A stretch of 64,000 bases of DNA from the human T2T-CHM13v2.0 reference genome, Homo sapiens: the NCBI RefSeq assembly GCF_009914755.1, contig NC_060938.1. The stretch is one strand, 5' to 3'. Position numbers and translations under genes: made by a program. Position 1 is the first letter of the stretch. Every line of letters begins with the position of its first letter. Under the pieces are notes generated by a model. It did not search any database, was not told where the DNA came from, and saw nothing but the letters and a program-made list of their open reading frames with translations. Positions 28,351-44,924 of the stretch are shown piece by piece.

Positions 28351-29451
28351 CTGCCCCTTTAGCCACCCATAAATATCCAACTACACTTGACCTGCCAAAC
28401 GAAATTCTTTCCTTTTTCCCACAGGAGATACTCCCAAAGTCCCATCCAGTTATATCATCAGGTTGAAATTCCAGGATCTCTTGGTGATGGGTAGTTATCT
28501 CCAAGTGTGGCTCCTGGGGTCAGATCACCTACAGTCTAAGAGAAGGTTCTTTTTCTCCGCCAATGGTGATAGATTTGGCACCAAAAAAAGAAGAGAAGAA
28601 ACATGACAGTCATTGTTTCCACAGTGGTAAGCAAATCCTTCTGGTCAGAGATTGTGAAGATCCCTGTCCTGGTTATGGAGCAAGTCTCTGGTTCAGCTTT
28701 CTATGGAAAACTCCCTGGTATCCATTGCTCCTAGCTCTAGGGGGTAATTCTTTGTCCATCAGCCCCTATGGCCACATCTGAAGGTCATGGGAGAGTTAAT
28801 GCTCCTTGTGATCTACAAAGCTTGTGCAGCCTGCTTCTTGTTGGAGCATGTTTACAAATCCAGACGTTGCTAAGAGAAACAAATCCAATATATATAAAAT
28901 TATAAGTTCATACTTTCCAGTGCCAATCAAACACCAAAGGGTTCTTCCTTTCCTTGTGCCATTTCATGTTTGTACCACCTTTATGCCTCAGTAAGAGTCT
29001 TTTTCCCAGCAATATCAATCAACCTATCTATCTATCTCAATTCTAACATTCTAAAATTGAGCAAATAACTTCAAAATTACTCTATCAATACTTCAATACT
29101 TCTACTAACAAGAAACCTACTAAGTAATGTTTAGTATTTCTTCATAGTACTTCTTGTCCTTGGAATGTATCTCCCTGAGAGTGTACATCAAAGTAATATA
29201 TTCAAAAGTCTCTTGTATTAATTTTTTTTATTCTGTGTGGTTATGTTAACATTTTTATACACATTGAGGTTCATTTGTTTTTATTTGTGTTCAATTTTAG
29301 GACTTTCTCCATACTTTCTGAGTTATCAGTTACTTTTGATCAACAGAAGTACCGCTAAAGACACATCCCAAAAAAAGATTATCAGGAGAAACTTGATTTC
29401 CTTAATCTTTAAGGAGCACTTCTACACTAAAAAAAAAAAAATACTAATAGA

Positions 29452-30310
<859 letters not shown>

Positions 30311-30942
30311 TGTTTTAATTTACTTTAGACACCCCGAATACTTCAACTGTTTTAAGTTCTTTTCACCACCAGACATTTTTTAAAAATTCTACTTATTCAG
30401 CGTAAGAACAAAAAGCCATAAATATTTGACAGTTCCCCCCAAACCATCTTACCCTGGTCCTAGTGAAAGACTCTTATGGTTCCGGGTATGTTTCCCTTCA
30501 GAATGGTTGTGTTTTACTCCTCGCAGATCATATAGGTCATTTAGTAAGTCCACAGGCTTCCTCACTTAGAATTATCTAGCAAAAAAGGGTAGGCAGTGTT
30601 TTGTCTGCCAGGTAGGATAGAGGTAATGCTTCCTGCAAAAGTCTCAGTAGGTCTGGGGCTCAGAACATTTGTGATATTTCTCCAGATTTCTATCCACTAG
30701 AATAGATAGCTTTTTCTTTACCAGTATTTTGTTTCAAGCCTATTGCATCAGAAGGGAAAGGGTCAATATCTCTCTCTGGTGTATATTTCACTGTAAGACC
30801 TAGGAAGAGAGGAGCAGGCCAAACTAACATTGGCTCAACTGTTTTATCTAGCATAGGAAGACAAGTCTAATAAATCAGAATATTCCTCAGCCTGCATCCT
30901 GCTGACCCTCACAAAGTTATCTTTTAATTCATGAGAATTCTC

Positions 30943-31013
30943 TTTTTTTTTTATTATACTTTAAGTTTTAGGGTACGTGTGCACAACATGCAGGTTAGTT
31001 GCATATGTATACA
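30943..31013 (-). mobile_element. Very short 5'-truncated L1PA 3' tail
   Basis: ttttattatactttaagttttagggtacgtgtgcacaacatgcaggttagtt. Confidence 0.85.
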
Positions 31014-32794
31014 TAGTCTTAACACTGAATATAACTACAGCCCATGTTGTTGTATTTTTACGAGAAGAGAAAAAAACATCTGTGGAGGAAAGTTTCCACT
31101 TAAAGACAGAATCTTGTTCACCATCATAATCCCAACTCCCACGTTAGAGTGGCACCAACAAAATATTAAAAATTGTCACTACACTATAAAATGGAAACCT
31201 ACAGAGCTATTGAAAGCCATGATGTAGATATTTTTTGGCATACAAATATACATCTGGTAAATTTTAAAGGTAAACAAGTTACAAACAACTCTTTATAGTA
31301 TTATTCCATTTATGGAGGATCTCAAGATACACCAACATAATAGCAACATTTATCTGGGATTTTCTTTAAGCTAATAATTTTATTGTTATTTACGTAATCT
31401 CAATATTTTTAACCTGGTGGTTTTATTTTTATAATTACTGAGTTTTTTTCTAATTTTAATCATTCTTGACCTATACACCATTTCATCTCATTTTATAGCA
31501 CTTTACCTCAATGTTTCATCTTATTTGTGTGTTCTTAGCTTATTTTATCCCCATATGGGTAAAGAACGACCAACAACTGTTAGGTTCCGTTCTACCAGCT
31601 TGGGAGTACAAAGTAAGTCAGCATCTCTGTTTAGGGCTTCAATTAAATGGTTCGAGTGTACATCTTTCTGACATAAAAACTGTCTCTCTTTCTCAGAGAG
31701 ACTGCTTCAGTGATACCTCCATATGTCCCTGAGATGCTTTTTATGGTCTAAAGCATCAGATCGGAGCTGGAAACTCAGTGGGGCAGGAACAATTCCTGCC
31801 TTAATCCCACCAAGACTCAACACATCAATCCTCCTTGACAAACATTTTCTCCTGCCACTTTCTTTCTTTGGATGATTTTGCATTAATGGTTTATTGCTCT
31901 CTCCTGTCATTGGGTCCTGGTGACAGCTACGTGGACCACTCATCCCATTCAATTACTTTGAATATCTGGAAGAAGGGACTAGGATCTGGGCTTCTTCCTC
32001 CTCCAGATGCTCTGGGAATTCTCAGGCAAATTATCCCCTCTCCCCCTGAGTGACTCCAAGTCCCTTTCATCTGTATATTTTCTCACAGAAAAAACCATGT
32101 CAACTGCCTGGACAAGTCCTTTGTTACATATTTAGCTTTTTTTCTGATTCTAAAAATAATACATTCTCTTAATTAAAAATGTATGCAATAAAGGAATGTC
32201 CAGAGGGGAAACAACATTTAAATTATTATTAATTTCAATACACAGAGATAAATGCTACTAATATTTAGATGAATTTCCTTTTATTGTCTTTTATGCATAT
32301 ATCTACACATTTTAAACATATGGAGATTAAATCCAATGTGCATTTACTTAACATTTGCAAGAAATTAACTTTATATGAATATTCAATATATATTCATTAG
32401 CATTTATGTTAGAATTTTCTCACATTGTCTTCAAAAATATTTTTAATGCCTGCATAACTTTCCAGTAAATGAAACTACCATAATTTATTTAACTGAATTC
32501 TTTTTGCTGGATATTAAGTAGTTTTCTAGTTTTCTATATTATAAATAAAGTTAAAACATTATTGGACATAAATCTTTCTTTTTTCATCTCCAAATATATC
32601 CTAGGATGTGTTCACATAATGAAATTTACTGGTCAAGTCTATCTGTAAAACATTCTCCTTTGTGGGAACAGATCATAGAGGAGTTTACCTTTTTATCATC
32701 CAATGAACAAAGATGTTGCTTTAGTGTTGACTTTTAAAAAATGTATGGCCTAGCAGTTTGCTCTGGGATACTCTATTAATAGATAGTAATCTAT

Positions 32795-33305
<511 letters not shown>

Positions 33306-33659
33306 GTAGAAATCCATTTTTAAAGTGTCTTTTTCAATCCTAAACTTGCTCCTTTTAATGTGAGAACAAAGCATTCAGATTGATATTTTCTTTCATTAAG
33401 ACCAAACTCTCCCCAAAAGCTTAATCCTTGAATTGTAATCTAAAGGTCAAATAAATTAGTTTCTGGTATAAACCTACATCTGGTTCCACGTCGTGCTTTA
33501 GATGATTTCAAGTGAAACACCATCCAGAAGCAGTGACCTCTTTAAAGAAGACATTAAAGCAAGATCTTCATTGCCAGTTCTCAGGATAGATGTGATCTGG
33601 GATTTAACAAAGACTTCCATGGAGACTTCCAATGCCTGATGGGCAAAGGTTTCTCCTTG

Positions 33660-34870
33660 CATAATATGGAAAACCAAACTGTTTTCCCTTCTACACTCAT
33701 GTCACTCTCAATGCTTCGCTTCTGACACCAGCTGTGTGGGTTTTTTCCTACACCAACCAATTCTCACACTCTAGGTGGGTGTCCTATAATTCAATTTAAT
33801 TATGACACTAACTATGTGGAGTTCGTGCAGATCCCACAGGTTAAGGGCTTAGTCTCACAAGACTGCCTCTCACTTTAGACACCAATCACAAGAGGTGGGT
33901 CCTTGGGTTACCCACGACTTCTGTCTGACTTGACTGCAAATCAGTGCTTCCCACTACTCCATCGTCGTGTTCAATCACTTACTAGAGTGGCTCACAGAAC
34001 TCAGGAAAACACTTACATTTACTGGTTTATTATAAAGGATATTACAAATAATGCAGACACACAGCCAGATGAAAAGGTACATAAGGTAAGGTATGTGGAA
34101 GGGGTGCAGAGGTTGTAAGCCATTTTCCCCATGTTCAGTAAGCCAGAAGCTCTCTGAACCCCATGACTCAGAGATTTTTACGGAGGCTTCATCACATAGG
34201 CATGATCTGTTATTAACTCAATATCCAACCCCTCTCTCCTTCCCAGAGGTTAGGGGGTGGGGCTGAAAGTTTCAAGCTTCTAATCATGGACTGGCCTTTC
34301 TGATGACCAGCCCCCATCCAGGAGCCCACCAAGAGTTGCTTCATTAGAACAAAAGATGCTCTCATCACCCAGGAAATTCCAAGGGATTAGGAGTTCTGTG
34401 TGAGGAACTGAGCTCAGAGACCAAATACAGAACAAAAGATGCACCTAGAGCCCTTACTGCTCAGCAAATTGCAAGAGATTTACAAGTTCTGTGGACCCAG
34501 CGTAATGGCTCATGCCCATAATTCCAGCATTTTGGGAAGCCAAGGCAGAAGGCTCGCTTTAGTCCAGGAGTTCAAGACTATCCTGAGCAACATGGCGAGA
34601 CCTCATTGCTACAAAAAAAAAAAAAAAAAAAAACCACGTAAATAGTGGGGCATGGTGGCACACCTGTAGTCCCAGCTACTGGGAGGGCTAAGGAGGGAGG
34701 CTCACTTGAACCCAGGAATTTGAGCTTGCAGTGAACTATGATTGCACCACTGTACTCCAGCCTAGGCAACAGAGTGAGACCCTGTCTCAAAATAAATAAA
34801 TTAATTAAAAGAGTTCTGTGTGCAGAACCAGGGGCAGGGACCAGATATATATTTTGATTATGTCACACTC
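33660..34870 (-). mobile_element. MER21-like ERV LTR interrupted by an Alu
   Basis: gatcccacaggttaagggct.agtc..acaagactgcc..; ggctcacagaactcaggaaaacacttac. Resumes after the Alu at agttctgtg. Confidence 0.75.
34493..34810 (+). mobile_element. AluJ
   Basis: Divergent Alu dimer; TSD agttctgtg. Confidence 0.9.
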
Positions 34871-35004
34871 ACCTGTGAACTACTTTGCCAAATATTACTG
34901 CTGCCTTCCTCACTCAGGTCTACCCAGCTTTGTTCCCCTGAGTTTTATACATGACAACTTTGGCTCATGTTTGGGAGTCTTAAGAAGTATTAACTCTCAT
35001 TTTG

Positions 35005-35885
35005 GAAAACAAAATATTTGCAAACTATGCATCCAACAAAGAACTAATATCCAGGATGTATAAGTGACTTAAACAAAAAAACAACAAGAAAAAAACAAAA
35101 CCCCATTTAAAAGTGGGCAAAGGACATAAGGAAACACTTCTCAAAAGACATACAAGCAGCCAACAAACATTTTAAAAATGCTGAACATCACCACTATCAG
35201 AGAGATGCAAATCAAAACCACAATAAGATACTCTCTCATACCAGTCCAAATGGCTATGATTAAAAAGCCAAAAAACAACAGACGCTGGCAAGGCTGCAGA
35301 GAAGAGGGAAAGCTTATACACTGCTGGTGGGAATGTAAATAAGTTCAGCCAGTGTGGAAAGCAGTTTGGAGATTTCTCAAAGAACTAAAAATAGAACTAC
35401 CAATCGACCCAGAAATCTCATTACTGGGTGTATACCCAAAGGAAGAGAAATCATTCTACCAAAGGGGCGCATGCACTCACACGTTTATCACAGCACTATC
35501 CACAATAGCAAAGATATGGAATCAGTGCTGGATTGGTGGATCAGATAAAGACAATGTGCTACATATACAGCATGGAATATGGAATACTGTGCAGCCATTT
35601 AAAAAATGAATGTCCTCTGCAGCAATGTAGATGCAGCTGCAGGCCATTATACTAAGTTAATTAACACAGAAACAGAAAAACAAATACCATATGTTCTCAC
35701 TTATGAGTGGGCGCTAAACATTGGGACAAATGGACATAAAGATGGCAACAATAGACACTGGGGACTACTGGGGGAGGAGGGAAGTAAGGGGGAAATAGTT
35801 GATGAATAGAAGCCCAAACCACAACCTCATACAATATGTCCATGTTACAAACCTGCACATCTACCCCCAAATCTAAAATAAAATA
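35005..35885 (+). mobile_element. L1PA/PB 3' portion
   Basis: ORF2 end (MWKAVWRFLKELKIELP..), 3' UTR and A-rich tail. Confidence 0.9.
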
Positions 35886-36015
35886 GTTTCCACAAAGAAG
35901 TGTAACTCCCATTTTGAGAATTCATTTTGTGATGACTTACTTTAACCAAATAGGTTTTTTTGTTGTTGTTAGCACTCTACAAGCTGTTTTTGAGTACACG
36001 TTTAAGCAGCAAACT

Positions 36016-36131
36016 GCCCCTTGCCCCCAGGAAAAACCTTACATGGAATTTCAATATATGATAAAGATCAAAGCCCCCTACCCCCAGGAAGAACCTTATG
36101 TGGAATTCCAATATGTGAAAAAGATCAAAGC
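36016..36131. repeat. Diverged 57-bp tandem duplication
   Basis: gcccc..cccccaggaa.aacctta..tggaatt.caatat.tga.aaagatcaaag occurs twice. Confidence 0.85.
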
Positions 36132-36372
36132 TACTCTGGTTGAAACCAGGCAGGGATTTTTTTCCCCTAAAACTTTACTCATCCCTATTCCCAAGCCAAG
36201 TGACCCTCAAGTCTTTTCAGAGAACCCCTAAGCTTAAAAGTCATAGGCCTATACCAAACCAAAATCCAGTTTGCTGAAAAGGGAACTGAGAGCAACCATC
36301 AAAGTATCCAAGTGTGTAGTGAAGCACTCCCAGGCAACTTAACTTTAAAAAAATAAAAGTCTTAAAAGTTCA

Positions 36373-36690
<318 letters not shown>

Positions 36691-37537
36691 TCATGATGAA
36701 GCCAACAGCATGGTTATGTTGCAACAGACTCGTTTCATCAAGCACTTTCTTTGTGCCAATTAGCAGAGCTTACCTTGTTCTGGGTGTCTGATAATAATTC
36801 TGCTCCTGTTCCATTGGCATGAGTCAGTCAGTGTACCATACTTTACTTGGAATACACAGGAATGGTGAAATAAACATATTTATTTTAAATAAATATTTAA
36901 GTTGTGGTGGGCTGGAATTCAGACAGACATAGATTATACTGAAAGATAACACATTATTTACCAAGTGCTCGATGGCTTATGGGGTCACCTACCTTGTTCT
37001 ATACTTCTAGAAAAAAATGCAGCAAGTTCTCCCAGGCCTGGAATCATTCATTCCTGTTCATTAATATTGTCCTAACCATGCAGTGACTTTCAGTCATCAT
37101 ACTGTGATACATTATGTTCTTTTGTTTGTCAAGTTATTTGTATAGTTTGTATAGTTATTAACATAGAATATACATTATAAGTCAATTCAATTATACTTTA
37201 GAACTTAGAGCCAAACCACAAAATATGGAAGCACAGTCTAATATACAAACTAAGATTAGACTATAATGCTCTGGGATTTTTCCTTGGGTTAGTTAGGATA
37301 GAAAGTCTCTCTTTAATTTGCATGGTCTTTCTGATTATGCCAGAGAATTCTGAAGCCATCATCTCCTAATTCTTACACATCCTGAATGTGTGTATGAGAA
37401 ATGAAGACTATAGAAGCCCTCGAGTCTATGTGATTCAAACCTATGCTGTCTTAGACAGCAGACATATAGTTGTCACAACAGGATGAAAGATTGATTAACA
37501 GAGTAATTTCAACAGATCCAGTGAGCATGTAAAGTAT

Positions 37538-37870
37538 TTTTTTTTAACTTTTAAGTTCAGGGGTACATGTGTAGGTTTGTTACATAGGTAAATGTGTGTC
37601 ATGGGGGTTTGTCGTACAGATTATTTCATCACCCAGGTACTAAACCTAGCACTCAGTAGTTATTTTTCCTGATCCTCTCCCTCTTCTTCCCACCCTCCAT
37701 CCTCCAAAATGCCCCAGTGTGTGTTGCTCCCCTCTATGTGTCCATGTGTTCTCATCATTTAGCTCCCATTTATAAGTGAGAGCATGTGGTATTTGGTTTT
37801 GTTTCTGCATTAGTTTGCTAAAGATAATGGCCTCCAGCTCCATCCATGTCCCCGCAAAGGACATAATCCT
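37538..37870 (-). mobile_element. L1PA 3' end
   Basis: ttttaagttcaggggtacatgtg..; TSD tgtaaagtattt. Confidence 0.9.
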
Positions 37871-39282
37871 GTAAAGTATTTCTAATGGCAAAATATACAA
37901 AAATGTGTCATTACACATTGCAGGAGACAAGGTAGCCTGCTCCCAAACAAGGGCACAGATTCCCAGATTCCCACAGGGTAATCACCAGCACCGAGTGAGG
38001 ATTCTACCAGACATGAGAGGTTTCCCTTGCCTTTCTTATAGAAGGTTCTGCAAGACCCTGCTGACCCCCAACTCCTAACACACTTTTCGACCTACTTCCA
38101 GCTGGTCTGAACACTACCTGCTCACCAAGTGCAAGGAACTGATAAAAAAACAACCCTAGCACATTGCTGAATGTTTACTGTGAAACAATGGAAATGGGAG
38201 GCCAGTTTGCCAGGCACAACATCCCCTGGCAGGCCCACTTGCAGTCCAGTCTGGCAACATGGTCATGCAGACAGAGTGAAAGGGCTTTTAAGATTTAAAG
38301 TCAAGAAATGGTACCAGGCAGTGCAGAAGACAGGAGATCTCACCTAATCGTTTTAAGGATAGTAAAACTTCTTGTCCTGTAGTTTCTGTAAGTCAAGGCC
38401 TAGCCAACTGGCTTAGGCGTGGTTCATCATTCATTCATTCATTCATTCACTTATGAATGACATGCTTTTTAGCCCTTTCTGCAGTATATAATGAACAGTA
38501 GAACCAAGTTCACATAGCCTGCCCTGTGCTTGTTTTGGGATATCTATATAAAAGCAAGACTTCATTAAAAAGGACTGCATAAATGGGAGAAGAATCGTTT
38601 GGAGTTTTAAATAAATGTACATAATTTACCTTTAACCACATACTTAAAGGCAAGATTGGAAACTAAGAAAAAAAATCACATTATTTCTTAGATTTAAAGG
38701 ACAAATTTAAAAAAATTTTTTTTTCTTAATTTAGTGTGGACTATGGTGAGACTTAGTGTTAATTAGCAGATAGAAATTGAACATGGCACACAAAAGCACA
38801 ATACAGGGAGACTTGTTAGAAGTCAGTGTCAGGAAAAGCAAACCTCAAATAAACAAGTCCCTAGAACACTCTGTAGCACATAAGTATTTGATTCTTTGCC
38901 CGGCTGGTTCTTGTATTAGCGAAATCCTGTGCTGCTCTGAACATGCACCGGGCAGCATATAGAGATAAATGGTTTCTAACGTGTTTTGGAGACAGCAAAG
39001 TCTGCACCTAACCAGATTTTCCTGGAATCCACCTCATTTGTAGGATGTTGACAACCTCAAGATGATTGAAATAAAAAGTTTCATAGTAACAAATAATTAT
39101 AGCAATGTAACATTTTCACTCCTTACTCTTCTTTTTCCCTGAGCAAACGAAGTGTGTTTTGTATTTCAGGTCTCCAAATACTATTCACAAAATTTAATTT
39201 ATTTCTGTACTCTGCCACTCACATTGTTTTTAGTTAATGTTATCTGTTCTTCTGTTTTATTTTTATTATTATCTAGTTCAAT

Positions 39283-39555
39283 TTTTTTCTTTTTTTGAGA
39301 CAGGGGTCTCATTCTGTCATCCAAGCTGGAGTGCAGTGGCATAATCATAGCTCACTGCAGCCTTGACCTATTGGGCTCAAGGGATCCTTACGCCACCATG
39401 CCTGGCTATTTTTAAAATTTTTTGTAAAGATGGGTGTGGAGGGTGGGAGTCTCGCCATGTTGCCCAGGCTGGTCACAAACTCCTGGCCTCAAGCAATCCT
39501 CTTGCTTCAGCCTCCCAAAGTACTGGGATTACAGGTATGAGTCACCATGCCTAGC
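39283..39555 (-). mobile_element. AluJ
   Basis: Antisense divergent Alu with an internal deletion. Confidence 0.88.
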
Positions 39556-41539
39556 CTAATTCAATTTTCAAAAATTAGTTCTCAGTTATTAGCATAGTAA
39601 ATGTCAATGATTGCTTTTGGCTGAAGTAAGAGCAGCATCTGTGGGAAATCTACAAAGATGATGAAATTATCCTGCCACCGGGCGCAGACAGAAGAGCAAT
39701 AAGATCTCCAGAGAAAATCTAGCATTATTTTATGACAGAAAAAAAAAAACGGCACATTCCAGGATGTCTGGCATTTCTACTGCATTTATCTACTGCTTCA
39801 GTCCTATCATAAGGGCCACCCAGAACACTGTAATTCCATTTTTGTCCCCCCAAAATCTCAAGTGTATAGGTAACTTGAGAAAACAAAACTCTGGAAAGTG
39901 AACCCCTTCCGAGCAAAGATCACTTCATAGAGGAAAATTTAAAACACCTGATGGGATCACACTCTAGAAAAATGGGGAGTCTGTGAATTCTCTAATGTGG
40001 CATACTCTACATATAACCAAAGGAAGCTCACAGACCCCAAATGTGGCCAGAAAATATCACTTATTTTAAAAAGACAGAATGAAATTGACATAGAATAATT
40101 ATCCTTTTCATTCTTCCAGCATAGCAGAGTCCTTTCATCTACTGTGTAACTGACTGGAGGGTGCAGTTTATCCCGGGTGAGCTTTCCAGGAGGAGGCAAA
40201 AAAACCTCATTTTTGTGCACGTAGCCTCAGACAATTGATTCTTTTTGGATGGAAAATTAATCCTAGCTTTATATCACTAGTAGGAAGCTTTCTGTAACAT
40301 AAAATGCAGGCACAAAGAAAAAGAGTATTTTTATTCTATAGTTCCTGTCCTCCCTTTTTCTAAACAAAATACTGCATGCCAACTTGCAAGTGAAGCTGCG
40401 CAAGCCCTAATTCTCCTCTTTAAAGCCTCGTTTGCCACGGGTGGCATTGGCAAGGATAAATTCTATTTTGCATACATGCCCAGTCAGGCTTTCTCTCAAT
40501 CTTAGTAACATCTGGTGTTCCTCTAGAGTCTATCTGAGATCCATAATTACTTCTTTATTACGTTAATGACTGTAAATATCTCTTCCCCACTACCCTGCTT
40601 CTTTCAGACTTTTCTCTTTACTGTTGACACATCATTGTAAGAAAAATAAATAAGACAATTTCTAATTCCGTGGTTGAGATCTTTGCCTCACAAAATGATG
40701 ACCATCAGGAAGAATCATTCATAAGTAATGGTCTGAACCAAGTGATTCTAATACCAAATGTAAGATCATAGCTCTCCTCAGAAACCATCAATCCATTGTT
40801 CTAGCTTTACTAGTCCATGTAGACCCAAGACTCCTCTCTCCAGGGACATATTTGGCTTTCGAGACTGTGAGGAAAATTTTTTGAAAATGCCAATAATTTG
40901 GAAAAAGACCACCCACTCTTTCGTTGCCTTACTTCCATGTTATCCTTTTGTTGGCAAGGAAGACAGATGTTCAAAGCAACATCTCATTTAAGCCTGGGAA
41001 TATATTTAGCCATAATGGACCTGCCAACTCCCGACTCCTGGGTATGTTTATTTCTCTAACCAGCTGGGAACTCTCAAGCTGTAGCAGGGAAGACACTCCT
41101 TATGTATGGAGAGTCAGCTGCTACGTGAGCACCTCAGAAGTCACCAACAGCCTTTGTACAAAGTCATACAGGGATTTGAACTTCATCTCTTCTAAGGTCA
41201 AAGGAAATACACCAAAAGTCAATATTTGCATTCATGTATCTTTAGCCATGATAATAATAAAATATAAATTTTAAGATGGAAAAATCTGAGATCTCACTGG
41301 GCCTGCGACTGGGGCTTTATATAGGATCCTGCCTGACATCTGTGGACCATCTTTTACTTACTGTGCCCAGATATTCTGGTATATTATGGGGAGTTGTGAA
41401 GTAGCATTTCTCCTTGAGGGGTGTTTTGAGAGCTGCGTCGGCCTAAGTATTCTGTGACTCTTCCCCTCCTGTGATCTATGGTTAGATTGGGGACAAGAGC
41501 CTGGCACACACTATAAAACAGGAACTATAATTCCATGCC

Positions 41540-41675
41540 CCTCCACACCCAAGAATATGAGCACTGTGAGAACAAGGTCCTTGTCTGTGTGTGGACTGTA
41601 TTCTCCCCAGTGCCTAGAATGGAGCCTGGCATTTACAGCAGGAGTTCAATAAGAATTTGTTGAGTGAACAAATGA
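41540..41675 (+). mobile_element. L2 3' tail
   Basis: ccccagtgcctagaatggagcctggca..caataagaatttgttgagtgaa. Confidence 0.7.
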
Positions 41676-42248
41676 GAGAAGACTTTAGGACAATCCATCA
41701 CAAAATGCTTCTCTATAGGGGCGATATATAAATGTGGGAGGACTTCTAAGAATGAGCAGAATGCATTGCTTAGACTGGAGTGCATGGAACAGACATTTAG
41801 CAGAGATAGCCAGGGAAGGGAGAGTAACATTTCAATGAGTGGGGGGCTCTCCACTGAATGGGAGTGGGCTTGGGAATAGGAGCCAAGGCCCCCCACTGGG
41901 CCAGGGCCAGGTGACCTGCACAGAGATTCCTCTTTTTACCCTCTCCACAACCTGCGCTCACCCCTACTTATAGCCACTACCCCGAATCACTTCTTGGAAA
42001 GCCAGATATCAGTTCCTTTGCAACTCTGTCCCGAAGATAGGGCAGAGAGGAATGTGCAGCACCCCCCACCCTCCATCCCTTTGCACTTCCCAAGAATCTC
42101 TCCTGTTTGTCTCCTCTCTTACTCTCGAGAACTTTTTCTTTTCTATCTCTCTGGAAGCACAGCATCATCTTATTAATGGGCTTGAACTTTTGTGGAAGAA
42201 GAGAAAAAGCTACTGGTGGTTGTTATTTCCCCACAACACAGATTCTTG

Positions 42249-42506
42249 GGCTGGGTGCTGTGGCTCACGCCTGTAATTCCAGCACTTTGGTAGGCTGATA
42301 TGGGCAGATCACGTGAGGCCAGGAGTTCGAGACCAGCCTAGGCAACATGGCAAAACCCCGTATCTACCAAGAAATACAAAAAATTAGCTGGGCGTGGTGG
42401 CGTGTACCTGTAGTCCCAGCTACTCAGGAGGCTGAGGTGGGAGGATCACTTGAACCTGAGAGGCAGAAGTTGCAGTGAGCCAAGATTAAAAAAAAAAAAA
42501 AAAAAA
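42249..42506 (+). mobile_element. Alu (J/S), 3' end of right arm deleted
   Basis: Alu consensus; TSD gattcttg. Confidence 0.9.
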
Positions 42507-42844
42507 GGATTCTTGCAGTAGGCTTCCAATAGGGCCAGCAAATCTTAGCAAATCAGGGAGAAAATATCAGGAAAAATATAGGGAGAAAGTATAGGGGAAA
42601 ATATAGGGAGAAAACAAAAACCTGAATAAATATTTCAAAAAACTAAGCTTCTAAAATTTCTATCAGTGGCTACAGGACCTCTTTCTGCTTTCTTAGAGCA
42701 CAGTAGGTAAAACTAATAATGTGGAATTTGTGAAAATAAAAAGAGTTAGAAAGCAACCCCAAACCCTGAGATCAAGCCTGATGTGTGTCCTCTGGGGAAC
42801 TTACAATCTATCAAAAATGCTGCCACACAACCAGGACCTTTCTC

Positions 42845-43075
42845 ATCAATTGCCTTGTTAATTAAATATTACCGCAGGGGCCGGTCTGGAAGTAGGGCTG
42901 CATGTGTCTGAGATAATTAAATTGAGGAAAATACAAACTGAACTGAAGCAAAAAGATTTGATTTCATGCATGAGTCATCTCAAGAACGTGACGATTTGCC
43001 GATTTGAGAGATGAAATTAAATAACTCATAAAATTGTGACAAATCGAACTTCAACACCACCGATTTTCTCTCTGC
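42845..43075. promoter_or_regulatory. Candidate enhancer-like non-repeat element
   Basis: TTAATTAA (42858), TAATTAA (42914), AP-1 site TGAGTCA (42971) and several retained CpGs in an otherwise CpG-poor background. Motif evidence only. Confidence 0.3.
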
Positions 43076-44582
43076 ATCCTGCTGTTTAGTCTCTTGGGAG
43101 TTTCCATGTCCTAGAAATGAAGAAAGTGTGCATGTGCTGCAGCCTGCTTAATATTGGTTTTTGGGTGTAAAATAAAACCACAGATAGCTGAAGCTCTCAG
43201 AGAATAGTCTTTGGGTTGCCTGAGGTTTAGCTACAGGATGCTTTATAACATGGTTTAGACTCAGTGAGCCCACTTTTCTGCCTCAGTAAGCTGAGAATGA
43301 TGAATAGAATTAAATTCCTTTTAAAAATAACAAAATTATAAAACTTTCCCTGTCTCTGGGTTGTGTTTAAGAGCACAGATAAGTAATCTGGTCCTCCTGC
43401 TTCCATTCTTCACCAGCAAAGCCCAGGGTCTTCCCTGGAGAAGAGTGCTGATGACGAGGATTCATGTCTCACAACCCAGCACACAGGAATGATGTCACAC
43501 AGGTAACTTCTAATCATACCAGCCAGTTTTTTACTTACCTTGGAAATGTTTATTTAATGCCCAAATCCATATATCAGTGGTTCTTTTCTCGTTGTTTTGT
43601 TTTGTTTTTTTTTTTGAGGGAGGTGGTTGGGAGGAACCTACAGAAAATATTATCTATTTTAGTGAGAGCTCTAATTACTTGAGCTCCAGTTAATTGGGAT
43701 TTTTCCAGGCTTTTCTGTTCCCTCCATATGGCAGCACTTTGTAAAAGAAGATAAAAGGGGAAGATTTTCCAAATTATAGCCAGAAGGAAGTACCAAGAGG
43801 GGCGTATGCATACATTTTAGTAAAGAAGAATTATTAATACTTTGATTCTGAAATCAATCAATCACCACCTGTTACCATATTTGCCACTTGGTATTCTAGG
43901 GAGCTTCTACTCTATGTTAAGATATAAATGGGAATCATTTTTATTTCTATGTTATGTTCTCATAGTTATTGGGGTGTGGGTGTGTGGGTGTGTGTGCCTA
44001 ATCTGAGCATCTTGAACAGTCCTGAGGTCAGCAGTAGAGTAGGGGGTAGGAGGCTGCTGCTGGAAGACAGAACAGAGTGGCCAACCGTCTGCCTCTGGAG
44101 TGAGCGGGCATGAACGCATGGTGTTCTTCTGGGTGTTTTGAAGCTGCAAAGCCAACCTTACATAGAGGTGGAGATAAAGTGGAGGTGATGAATGATGGCT
44201 TCCCGTCTTCTCAGGAAGCAACAATTCCTCCATCTGGAGGGGCCTCATCTCTTGGTTTCTTTAGGATGGTTCCTCCCTTGGGGCAGTCATTCCTAAACCC
44301 TGCCTCCCAATCCCCTCAGCCATTCCCATGCCCCCACCATTCAAAATGCACCTGGTTCTACCCCTTTCTCTTAAAAGCCTGCTCTCAACTAGTTATCTAT
44401 GAGATGTGATTTGCTAAAGCAAATTTGTGCTAGGGTTTTAGAGATTTTTAACAACTTACATATAACTTCTCCCAAATAACAAATTCAAATATAAACCCAA
44501 ACTGTATTTTAACCTTCCTTCAACTTCTTCCATCTAAGCATCTGATGGTGAACTTTTAGAAATCTCAAAAGAAATAGGAAGT

Positions 44583-44924
<342 letters not shown>

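Noticed and set aside
43533-43545. Isolated strong splice-donor matches (CAAG|gtaagt here on the minus strand; also 26257 on the plus strand and 26438 on the minus strand)
   Set aside because: Single motifs without supporting acceptor or coding evidence are common by chance in 64 kb.
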